A stretch of DNA of 64,000 bases. It comes from a virus. Shown here piece by piece: positions 49,888 to 57,747 of the stretch (the first letter of the stretch is position 1; every line of letters begins with the position of its first letter). The DNA is taken from positions 1 through 64,000 of the IMG/VR virus record IMGVR_UViG_3300032236_001503. One strand, 5' to 3'. The position numbers and the translations under genes were made by a program. The notes under the pieces were generated by a model. That model did not search any database. It was not told the DNA's origin and was given only the letters and a program-made list of their open reading frames with translations.

Positions 49888-50852
49888 CTATAACAGTTAT
49901 CTAGTATTCCTTGATAAGGGATTTCATCAAGGTCTTCAAAAAGACACCATTCATTAAAATCTTTATATCCTTTACCAATTCCCCAATTAAAGACCTTCTC
50001 GCCTTTAACTAACAATTCTTTAACCTTATCCTTTGCTGTTTCATCATGTTGAGGATTATCCAAAACCCAAATTCTTTGATGAAATGGGAATTCAGCAAGT
50101 TGAATTGATTGAGTTTTGGTTAAAGATATACCAGCAACACCGACTCCATTTTTAACAAACATTGAATCGATAGGTCCCTCAAACAAAAAGATATAAGGGA
50201 TATCCGAATTAACCCTATCTATACCGAATACTGTCTTTTCATATCCTGCTTTACCTAGATATCTTGGCTCCGTCTTATCCAATGCTCTAGTTTGATAAAA
50301 AACTACTTTTTTATTTCTATCGTAGAATGGAATACATAGTCTGTTAGCATGAATATTATCCGTTAAACTTATAAAAAGATTTGGGGATTTGTTTATGGCA
50401 GTATCCAATCTTCTATCCTTTGCATATTGTAATGCTTTTTGAAATTCTTTACTCTTTTGATAATATTGTTGCTGAACTTGATCGTATATATTAATAGAGT
50501 CGTAAGGTAGATCGGGTATATCCTTTCTCTTAAATGTTACTGTTCCGGTTTCTTTCTTGAACACATCTAGTGAAATATCATTAGTTGACAATTCAACCTG
50601 AATATCTTCATATGACATACCAGTTGTCTTTTTTATCCAATTAAGTGCAGACCATGTTTGATTACAATTAAAACAATGAAATGTATTTGAGTGTGGATAA
50701 TACCAAAGTCTTTTTTTCTTGCCGAGACTTTTGCCTTCCTTGCATATAGGGCAAGCTGCATTGTATTGACCAGTATGTTTTTTAAACTCTGGTTCAATAG
50801 CATAACTCATGAACTTATTCATGACATAACTTTCAGGAAGACGGTACTTCAT
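49884..50852 (-). CDS. gp61: DNA primase
   Basis: Zn finger CPIC..FHCFNC; TOPRIM FEGPIDSMF, LDN, KDFNE. Confidence 0.92.
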   Translation of the reverse strand: MKYRLPESYVMNKFMSYAIEPEFKKHTGQYNAACPICKEGKSLGKKKRLWYYPHSNTFHCFNCNQTWSALNWIKKTTGMSYEDIQVELSTNDISLDVFKKETGTVTFKRKDIPDLPYDSINIYDQVQQQYYQKSKEFQKALQYAKDRRLDTAINKSPNLFISLTDNIHANRLCIPFYDRNKKVVFYQTRALDKTEPRYLGKAGYEKTVFGIDRVNSDIPYIFLFEGPIDSMFVKNGVGVAGISLTKTQSIQLAEFPFHQRIWVLDNPQHDETAKDKVKELLVKGEKVFNWGIGKGYKDFNEWCLFEDLDEIPYQGILDNCYS

Positions 50853-50858
50853 CCTCCT

Positions 50859-50886
50859 ATGGTAACAGTTATTTTAACACTGTCAA
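50859..50886 (-). promoter_or_regulatory. Sigma70-like promoter TTGACA-N16-TACCAT (extended -10 TG), 6 nt before the primase ATG
   Basis: Read directly from the sequence. Confidence 0.7.
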
Positions 50887-50890
50887 CAAA

Positions 50891-51376
50891 TTAAAATTCG
50901 TCTTCTTCATCTTCCTCTTCTGGAAGATCGGTATACTGCTCTCTTTCTTTTGGTTCATGATCAAACCACTCGCCAGTTTCCTTTGAAACTGGTTCTTTAT
51001 TCTCAACCGACTCGTGTTCTTTGCTTTCTTCGTCTTCTGATTCAACATCATCATTGGTATAATCACCAAGAGGTGATTCATCATGGTTTTTCAACCAATC
51101 ATAGAAAATTGTTGCATATCCATCAGCAATTTCACCTTTTTTAAGTTGTTTGAAAATTAAAGAGATTGCATTCTTGAATGTTTTAGGTGTATAAAAATCC
51201 TTTTCTTTTAACTTTGATACAATTGATCTAAAATGACCTTTATGTTCATCTTCAGCATCTAAATCTTCTACTAATTTCTTAACAGAATCAAGATCAAACT
51301 TAAATTTTTTAAGTTCATCCTTTTTTCTGCCTTCATTTAAGAGACTTTCTACTAAAACATCATATTTTCTAAACAT
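50891..51376 (-). CDS. Hypothetical late protein with acidic tail
   Basis: GATAAGTA box 5 nt upstream; starts MFRKYDVLVESLLNE. Confidence 0.7.
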   Translation of the reverse strand: MFRKYDVLVESLLNEGRKKDELKKFKFDLDSVKKLVEDLDAEDEHKGHFRSIVSKLKEKDFYTPKTFKNAISLIFKQLKKGEIADGYATIFYDWLKNHDESPLGDYTNDDVESEDEESKEHESVENKEPVSKETGEWFDHEPKEREQYTDLPEEEDEEDEF

Positions 51377-51384
51377 ATTACTAC

Positions 51385-52074
51385 TTATCCTGTAATAATA
51401 CCCATATCTTTTTCTATTCTCTTTAAATCACTTTCCGTTGCTCCGATAATATCACTGAGAAGACTTTCATCACCTCCGTACATATTACCATCTTCTCCTA
51501 TATAGAGTTCGCATATTTTAATTCTCTCATCTCTATTACCAAATACTTCAATCCATGCTGGTGAATCTTCCTTTGGAAAAATTCTACCATCTCCTTGATT
51601 ATAAGATTGACCAAATGCTTTGAAAATATTATCAATCTCCTCTCTGAAAACTTCATCAATTTCTCTGAATCCATCATTCTCAATTGGTACATCAGCAACT
51701 TTTGTTAATGGTGTGAAGAAAATGATATCATAAAGTTTCATGGTCTCTCTAACTAATATTCTTTGTTCATCTAAGAATTTATCAGAAACCACACCATTGA
51801 TATTAAGCCATGCGGAATATGCCAAGCAATCTAATACACATCTATCAGATATTACATTTTCCTTTGTTGAGTTTTGAATCGCCTGATCAGTAAGAAAATC
51901 CATGATAACTCTTTGTGTCTCCTCCGTTGCTTGCTTACTATGCGGAAGATTTTTTTCGATTAAGATGTCACGATATGTTTTTTCTGATGTTTCATACATT
52001 GACCACTTTTTAATAAAGTCCTTTACAAAGGTGGACTTACCCATATTGGTTGAACCTGAAATGCAAATTTTCAT
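51385..52074 (-). CDS. P-loop NTPase / nucleotide-kinase-like (AAA_28-type)
   Basis: Walker A GSTNMGKST; ISDRCVLDCLAY. Confidence 0.75.
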   Translation of the reverse strand: MKICISGSTNMGKSTFVKDFIKKWSMYETSEKTYRDILIEKNLPHSKQATEETQRVIMDFLTDQAIQNSTKENVISDRCVLDCLAYSAWLNINGVVSDKFLDEQRILVRETMKLYDIIFFTPLTKVADVPIENDGFREIDEVFREEIDNIFKAFGQSYNQGDGRIFPKEDSPAWIEVFGNRDERIKICELYIGEDGNMYGGDESLLSDIIGATESDLKRIEKDMGIITG

Positions 52075-52076
52075 AA

Positions 52077-52379
52077 TTACTTTGTAATAACCTCTTCTAG
52101 AACTTCGGGAAAGAACTTAACGATATCGGCGGTGTGTTCATCATGAAAAACTTCTTCGCCATTTTCATCAACTACTGGTGTGATGTTAATGTCATCTAAT
52201 AAAACATCTGGAAACATTGAGCGTATTTTTTTAGCAACATCGAACATTTCAAGTGCTTCTTCTTTATAAAAAGAACCAGATACATCACATGATGATGCAA
52301 ATAATAAGCTCTCTAAGATTGTTTTAACTTCTTCTCTTGATAGAGAATTTATGCTAAATGTTTCATTGATGTTTTTCAT
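52077..52379 (-). CDS. Hypothetical protein
   Basis: 100-aa ORF with its own sigma70-like promoter. Confidence 0.7.
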   Translation of the reverse strand: MKNINETFSINSLSREEVKTILESLLFASSCDVSGSFYKEEALEMFDVAKKIRSMFPDVLLDDINITPVVDENGEEVFHDEHTADIVKFFPEVLEEVITK

Positions 52380-52386
52380 TAATACT

Positions 52387-52414
52387 ATTTTAATAGTATT
52401 TGATGAAAAGTCAA
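52387..52414 (-). promoter_or_regulatory. Sigma70-like promoter TTGACT-N16-TAAAAT, 7 nt before ATG 52379
   Basis: The -10 box lies inside the inverted repeat AATACTATT-N2-AATAGTATT (52381-52400). Confidence 0.7.
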
Positions 52415-52415
52415 C

Positions 52416-52796
52416 TTATAATGTGGAATCAGAATCCTTTACCATTTTGTTAGTCTTATACTGATTAACAAATTCGGTTATATTATTTTCTAAATTTTCC
52501 TTATCACTTGTATCTAATAAATTTAAAAGTTGATTTGGATTACTGATACCACTGCTATTACTTGCAATAGAGTTTTTTAGTATATTAATTAAAGAAATGA
52601 TATTATCATTACTGACTAATTGCTGAGCAGAATCATTAGTTTCGGATGTTTCGATATTTTGAGCTTCAACTTCTGGTTGTTGCGTAGCTACATTAGGATC
52701 TTGATTGGCAACATTTGGATCTTGTGTTGGTGCAACTTGATCTGCTTCACTTAAAAGACCATTATATCTACTGATTAGATTTAAAAATTTACTCAT
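52416..52796 (-). CDS. Hypothetical late protein (possible head-internal protein)
   Basis: GATAAATA box; MSKFLNLISRYNGLLSEAD; QDPNVA x2. Confidence 0.65.
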   Translation of the reverse strand: MSKFLNLISRYNGLLSEADQVAPTQDPNVANQDPNVATQQPEVEAQNIETSETNDSAQQLVSNDNIISLINILKNSIASNSSGISNPNQLLNLLDTSDKENLENNITEFVNQYKTNKMVKDSDSTL

Positions 52797-52813
52797 ATTA
52801 GACTATTTATCCT

Positions 52814-53425
52814 TTATGCACAGCTTTCAACCAAATTTGCTTCAGCATCTCTTCTTTCAAGTAACCCATCTAAGCCTTGACCTTGCCAAATTCTTTTCAT
52901 ATTTCTTATCTGTTGAGCAATTCCTTTATAATCTTTTTTAGGAACTAAGTCTCTTATGTTTCTCATTTCTGTTCTACTTTCACCTTCTAATGAACCACCT
53001 CTATTAAAAACGAGTGATACTAATGCACCATATGCATTGTCACATAATTCCTCCGCATGCGGAAAAGTCTTTTCGGTGAGTTGTGCGAATTTGGGCCACG
53101 TTAATCGGTCGAATATATCAATTGCTTGATCATAACTAACTGTTATACCTAATGGTTTAACTTGCTCCACATATTCCTTCCCAAGTTGCCCAGTTTTACC
53201 TGAAGCTTGTTTAACTGCATCAAGTTGTTTTTGTGGTAAAAAATAAAATATTTTTTGTAACTCATTGGGATTATAATAACCACAATCAACACCAATGCCA
53301 AGGGTTAGTCCGCTGTGACCCCCGGGCCACGTAGGATGAGATAGAAATTTATCGTAATAAGATTTTCCACCACCAATTTCATATTCTAAAATTAAACTTA
53401 ATGCTTTTGGACTTGGTTGTTTCAT
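52814..53425 (-). CDS. Endolysin, lysozyme (GH24-like) fold
   Basis: ILEYE..SGLTLGIGVD, GALVSLVFNRG, GLLERRDAEA. Confidence 0.85.
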   Translation of the reverse strand: MKQPSPKALSLILEYEIGGGKSYYDKFLSHPTWPGGHSGLTLGIGVDCGYYNPNELQKIFYFLPQKQLDAVKQASGKTGQLGKEYVEQVKPLGITVSYDQAIDIFDRLTWPKFAQLTEKTFPHAEELCDNAYGALVSLVFNRGGSLEGESRTEMRNIRDLVPKKDYKGIAQQIRNMKRIWQGQGLDGLLERRDAEANLVESCA

Positions 53426-53898
53426 AATTCAGTTATATTATAATCTTGTTCTTTTGCGTTATTTGTAAGAATTTCTTCAATAATATTTTCAGCTTTTTGT
53501 TCATTTGAATTTGAATTTAAAGTTTGGTCTACCGATTGTGCATCACCCGATACGCTTACACTTGATGAACTATTATATTTTAAATCAACTAATCCTTGCG
53601 CACCTAAATAAACAGATATAACAAGAGCAATTTGCTCCATGATTTTTGTAAAAATTGTAGCATAGGTTGTAATAACGATGTCATGATCTTTAGGAATTAC
53701 AAAAAGAATACCAACAGCAATAAAAAACATTGTGACAATTATAAGCAAAGAAGTCATAATGATAAAAAACTTCTTTGATGCCAAATGATTTGTTTGCTCC
53801 ATCTGTTTCTCGTATTCAGGTGGAGTATTGGGTGGTGCTTTTCCATTTGTAAGAAAAGCAGCAGCGGTTTGAGCTATTGTAACTATATGTTGCCACAT
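53422..53898 (-). CDS. Holin-like membrane protein
   Basis: Two hydrophobic segments (SKKFFIIMTSLLIIV..; IALVISVYLGAQG); overlaps the endolysin start. Confidence 0.6.
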   Translation of the reverse strand: MWQHIVTIAQTAAAFLTNGKAPPNTPPEYEKQMEQTNHLASKKFFIIMTSLLIIVTMFFIAVGILFVIPKDHDIVITTYATIFTKIMEQIALVISVYLGAQGLVDLKYNSSSSVSVSGDAQSVDQTLNSNSNEQKAENIIEEILTNNAKEQDYNITEL

Positions 53899-53919
53899 AT
53901 AGCTACTTATTCAAGTGGC

Positions 53920-54123
53920 TTAAACTAAAGTACCTAAAATAAATCCAACTATAAAACCAATTATTGCAGCCGTTTTAACTGGATGGGTTTTACCCCATGC
54001 ATAAAGAGCCGTTATAATGTTAAATGTTTCTTGTTTAACAATTGGTGCTTCTGTTTCAATTTTTGAAACATATTGATTAATATATTTTTCAGTTGATGAT
54101 ACTGTTTGCGTTAATGTTGTCAT
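53920..54123 (-). CDS. Small tail-anchored membrane protein (ElaB/DUF883-like C-terminus)
   Basis: KTHPVKTAAIIGFIVGFILGTLV. Confidence 0.55.
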   Translation of the reverse strand: MTTLTQTVSSTEKYINQYVSKIETEAPIVKQETFNIITALYAWGKTHPVKTAAIIGFIVGFILGTLV

Positions 54124-54701
54124 AAGAAGAATAAACCATTTGCTTTAGCGTAGAAATAAAGTGCAATCAAAGCAAGAAGACTAACTATGATAACGTTTCT
54201 CCAAAGAATTGCTAAATCTTTTTTAACTAAAAGTTTTTCATCAGCATTCAACTTGTCGATAATTTTACTATTATTATTTTTAAGGGTTGCAATTTCCTTT
54301 GTTGTATTTTCTTTATCCTTTAAAAGATTTTTATTATCATTTGTCAATTGTTGCTTGGTAGCACGATCTTTTAATAAATCCTGATACTCATTAGAACCAA
54401 CAACTACAACCTTTGAACCTTGATATTGTTTTGGTACAAGAATAACTTCCGTTTTATCACCTTGTTTTGAGTTTTTAGCAACCGTACCAGCTTCATAGAC
54501 TGATGCAATCGGAATTCTATGTTTTGGTGGCTTTACAATTCGTGTTGCTTGATCAGAATAATAATAAGCAAGGTCAATTCTTCCTTTATTTACGGAATCA
54601 TTGGTAGCGTATGTGTTCTGACTCAACATTTCAGTCTGTTTTTCAGTATAAACAGTACATGAAGCTAATAATAGTGCTAAAAATACAAATAATTTTCTCA
54701 T
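54120..54701 (-). CDS. Lipoprotein with C-terminal TM segment; unimolecular spanin candidate
   Basis: Lipobox LLASC at residue 15, coiled-coil stretch, C-terminal VIIVSLLALIALYFY; lies in the lysis cluster. Confidence 0.65.
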   Translation of the reverse strand: MRKLFVFLALLLASCTVYTEKQTEMLSQNTYATNDSVNKGRIDLAYYYSDQATRIVKPPKHRIPIASVYEAGTVAKNSKQGDKTEVILVPKQYQGSKVVVVGSNEYQDLLKDRATKQQLTNDNKNLLKDKENTTKEIATLKNNNSKIIDKLNADEKLLVKKDLAILWRNVIIVSLLALIALYFYAKANGLFFL

Positions 54702-55144
54702 AATTCTACCATATTTAAATGATTCTTTTTATTTTTCAATAGATGTCCAAATAAATCCCATTTAAATGATTCTTTATCATATGTTCCTTTGGTTTTTAAA
54801 TGTAAATCACCAAAAATCTTTTTAACATCATCAGTTTGATATATTCTTTCTTTAGTTGGATCTAAAGTTAAAAGATCTGTAATCGTTGGATCAGTTTTAG
54901 TGAAATCATTAGCAAAAGAAGTTTCGAATAATTTTCCTTTATATTTGTCCGATACCCTGTTCTTAACTCGTTTGGTATAAGCTAAAAATTGACTATCCAG
55001 ATAACATCCCACATTAAAAACAAAACTAAAAAATAAATCTTCAATTTTATAAATTAATTTCTTAGAAATTTTTGGTTTATAGATCTTTCTATAAGAATCC
55101 ATTATTGCACCATCTTCTTTTGGTTGTGCATATATATTTCTCAT
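54698..55144 (-). CDS. Hypothetical protein
   Basis: 148-aa ORF overlapping the next gene by ATGA-type coupling. Confidence 0.65.
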   Translation of the reverse strand: MRNIYAQPKEDGAIMDSYRKIYKPKISKKLIYKIEDLFFSFVFNVGCYLDSQFLAYTKRVKNRVSDKYKGKLFETSFANDFTKTDPTITDLLTLDPTKERIYQTDDVKKIFGDLHLKTKGTYDKESFKWDLFGHLLKNKKNHLNMVEL

Positions 55145-55155
55145 ATTTTTAATTA

Positions 55156-55452
55156 TTAATACAAATCCTTTGTCAAGTCTTCAGTATATGTTTTATAACT
55201 ATCATACCAATTTGGTGCATCTGGCTTCTTATACAAGACATCTTTTTCACAATAAGGTGTATTTGTATTGGTATTAGGTAAAGGTGTACCTTGATTACCT
55301 ACGCAATTTATAGGTGTACGTGACCATATTGGACTTTCTATACCTTTTGGTTTATTTCTTTCTTCTAGTGCTGAAGCTATTCTTTCTAAAGCATTAACGG
55401 TCTCATCTAATCTCATGCTGATCTTGTTTAGTAATTGTTTTTTCGTTTCCAT
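55156..55452 (-). CDS. Hypothetical protein
   Basis: 98-aa ORF with a promoter directly upstream. Confidence 0.65.
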   Translation of the reverse strand: METKKQLLNKISMRLDETVNALERIASALEERNKPKGIESPIWSRTPINCVGNQGTPLPNTNTNTPYCEKDVLYKKPDAPNWYDSYKTYTEDLTKDLY

Positions 55453-55458
55453 ATAAAA

Positions 55459-55486
55459 ACCTTAACCCATCTTTGCCAAAAGTCAA
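55459..55486 (-). promoter_or_regulatory. Sigma70-like promoter TTGACT-N16-TAAGGT, 6 nt before ATG 55452
   Basis: Read directly from the sequence. Confidence 0.6.
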
Positions 55487-55601
55487 CTCTCGCCAAGAAA
55501 AATTATAAGTATTAGAGTATATTAAAGTACTTTAAGTATTTAAATTAATAATATAGTTAACTTAAAAGAACTATAAGAATTAAAAAGGATGACATCCTAT
55601 T

Positions 55602-56111
55602 TTACCCAATTGAGTGATACTTGTCAATAGGGTGTTTCAATCTTTTTTTAACTTTTGTTAAAAATTCTTCATCTTCTCCTGTAGGGATAACACAAGGAAT
55701 GTGGTTGAAAGTACCTTTAATGGACTGAAACATAGGGTTTTCACTTTCATGTTCAATAAAATTAGGTAATCTTTGCTTTAATTGTTTTTTAGCAATTTTT
55801 ATAAAATTCAAAGGTTCTTCAAAGTATGATGACCATACATTAAAATTTTTCTTTTGACTGTAAAAACATAAAATCCTACAATTTGACTTGCTGGCTTTAT
55901 CATTAATGCTAATTACAGCATCTGAAATCCATAGTTGAACGAATTCCTTGATTCTTAAATTTTTAGCTGATACTTTATTTTCTTTTATAAAACCCCATTC
56001 ATGGGCATAATCTACATAATCAGCTGCTAGTTCTTCAATGTAATCAAAAACATCAAAGATAAGAATGTTATCTTTAATATGGTAACAAAAATACTGTTTA
56101 GACGTTCTCAT
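55602..56111 (-). CDS. Hypothetical protein
   Basis: 169-aa ORF overlapping the upstream gene. Confidence 0.65.
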   Translation of the reverse strand: MRTSKQYFCYHIKDNILIFDVFDYIEELAADYVDYAHEWGFIKENKVSAKNLRIKEFVQLWISDAVISINDKASKSNCRILCFYSQKKNFNVWSSYFEEPLNFIKIAKKQLKQRLPNFIEHESENPMFQSIKGTFNHIPCVIPTGEDEEFLTKVKKRLKHPIDKYHSIG

Positions 56112-56643
56112 CCCTGTTAGATATTATAACATCTAATAGGATTTGTTCAACTAATTCTTGTGGTAAAGCAGTATTTGCATACTTTACACTTTCGTTGATA
56201 TCTTTATACTGCTTTTTAAGTCTTTCTTTAAGTTCAAAAGCTAAAACGTTCTGTTCTCTGGAGAGATTCTCGTATGATGGTGTTTGTTGAAGTTGTAATG
56301 CCTCCAGTAATGGTTCACCAGCATTTGCAATAATACCAGCTAGTCTCTTGTAAAAACGATTTAAAGGGGAAATTACAGGTGTATTCTTTAACTTTGAAAG
56401 ATTTTCATAAAGATAGCTTAAAATTGTTGATTTTTCAACCTGCTCCTTTACGTTTGCAAGAAATTCCGGTCCCTTGATATGGATTTTACCATAAGGATTA
56501 AATGGGCAACCTGATCCTGTTACCTTTGAACCACAAAAAATACACTTATTTGGTGCATCAAAGTGAACATGGGTTTTTGTTGGGCTATAAAGGCATGGTC
56601 TACCATAATATCTTGAGCCACAATATATGCATTTTGAATCCAT
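56098..56643 (-). CDS. Protein with two tandem CxxC-x8-C..H Zn-finger-like repeats
   Basis: KCIYCGSRYYGRPCLYSPTKTH and KCIFCGSKVTGSGCPFNPYGKIH. Confidence 0.65.
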   Translation of the reverse strand: MDSKCIYCGSRYYGRPCLYSPTKTHVHFDAPNKCIFCGSKVTGSGCPFNPYGKIHIKGPEFLANVKEQVEKSTILSYLYENLSKLKNTPVISPLNRFYKRLAGIIANAGEPLLEALQLQQTPSYENLSREQNVLAFELKERLKKQYKDINESVKYANTALPQELVEQILLDVIISNRDENV

Positions 56644-56653
56644 TATCTAATAT

Positions 56654-57085
56654 TTAGTCTAAAATACCGAATTTTTCTAGCTCTTGTTTGGGTGCTTTAC
56701 CAATTCTCAGGTTCAAAATACCATTATAGTAGTCTTTTCGGAATAAAACATCCTTTTCCATCTGCTCTTTTGCTTCAAAGTAAGCTAATGCCCATTTTGA
56801 ATCACATGTTCTCAATATTTTAAAAATAAACTTATCCTTTCCGTATTTTTTAACATCTTCGATTAGTTCATTAGAAGAGCTTGTGTAGGATTTCCAATCC
56901 GATTCCTTGGAATCAATACGATTTCTAGTTTTGCCCTTTAATGGTTTTCTTTTAATACGAGAAAAACATTGCTTTTTACCAATATACTTTTTATTTGTAA
57001 CAGTATTGGTTATTTCGTATATAAAGCCGAAAGTTTCTTCTGTTAAATGAACAGATTCATTTAAAATCCAATGTCCAGTATCCAT
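56654..57085 (-). CDS. GIY-YIG nuclease (T4 endonuclease II-like)
   Basis: FGFIYEIT..KKYIGKK, ESDWKSYTSS, YYNG. Confidence 0.8.
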   Translation of the reverse strand: MDTGHWILNESVHLTEETFGFIYEITNTVTNKKYIGKKQCFSRIKRKPLKGKTRNRIDSKESDWKSYTSSSNELIEDVKKYGKDKFIFKILRTCDSKWALAYFEAKEQMEKDVLFRKDYYNGILNLRIGKAPKQELEKFGILD

Positions 57086-57324
57086 TATTTCTTTTTACGT
57101 TTAACTTTACGTTTACGTTTATTTGATTTAGTAATTAATTCTGGAAAATTTCTTTTTGTAACTCCACCTATACCTTGAGCTAAACGATTATCGTTAGGAT
57201 TCCAAACATTAGGACCACTAAATTGACTAGAAACGCCAGAAGAACTACCGAGTGCTCCACCATTTCCAGCAAAATTGCCCATTTCTAACAAAATATCCTT
57301 AATAATAATTTGCAATTTATTCAT
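57085..57324 (-). CDS. Small hypothetical late protein with basic C-terminus
   Basis: MNKLQIIIKDILLEM; ends KRKRKVKRKKK. Confidence 0.6.
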   Translation of the reverse strand: MNKLQIIIKDILLEMGNFAGNGGALGSSSGVSSQFSGPNVWNPNDNRLAQGIGGVTKRNFPELITKSNKRKRKVKRKKK

Positions 57325-57348
57325 AATATGTTATATTGATAAATACTT

Positions 57349-57747
57349 ATGGAGCTATTCGATAAATTTCAGCAAGAAATTAAAGAAGATACTAAGATTG
57401 ATCAATTAAATCTTATGGATCGCCAGTTAATGCTCCCTGCAATTAAACATAAATGGGTAGCTCGTTTAATTGAACAAAAAAGAAATAGAAACAATTTAGA
57501 AAAAAAGAAAAAGGTCTTAAGAGAAGAAGTTCTTAAGAAATTGGAAAGTGGTGGTATACCAACTGGCGTTCCAAAAGCATCCATTAAGGAAAAAGTTGAC
57601 GCATCCGATACCATTAAGAAAATAAACGAAGAAATAGATGATGTTAATCTTTTAATAGAATATCTTGAAAAGGTAGAAGGTATATTTCGTAGTATGACTT
57701 ATGATATTAAAAATATTACCGAAATATCCAAACTCGAAACCACATGA
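57349..57747 (+). CDS. uvsY: Recombination mediator UvsY-like
   Basis: EDTKIDQLNL..LPAIKHKW..YLEKV..YDIKNI; directly upstream of UvsW. Confidence 0.75.
   Translation: MELFDKFQQEIKEDTKIDQLNLMDRQLMLPAIKHKWVARLIEQKRNRNNLEKKKKVLREEVLKKLESGGIPTGVPKASIKEKVDASDTIKKINEEIDDVNLLIEYLEKVEGIFRSMTYDIKNITEISKLETT

Noticed and set aside
50853-50858. AGGAGG as Shine-Dalgarno for the primase
   Set aside because: Zero spacing to the ATG; it occupies the gap between the -10 box and the predicted +1, so it is probably not in the transcript.
56654-57085. Mobile homing endonuclease
   Set aside because: Short, with no C-terminal DNA-binding repeats and not interrupting a gene; more like endonuclease II.
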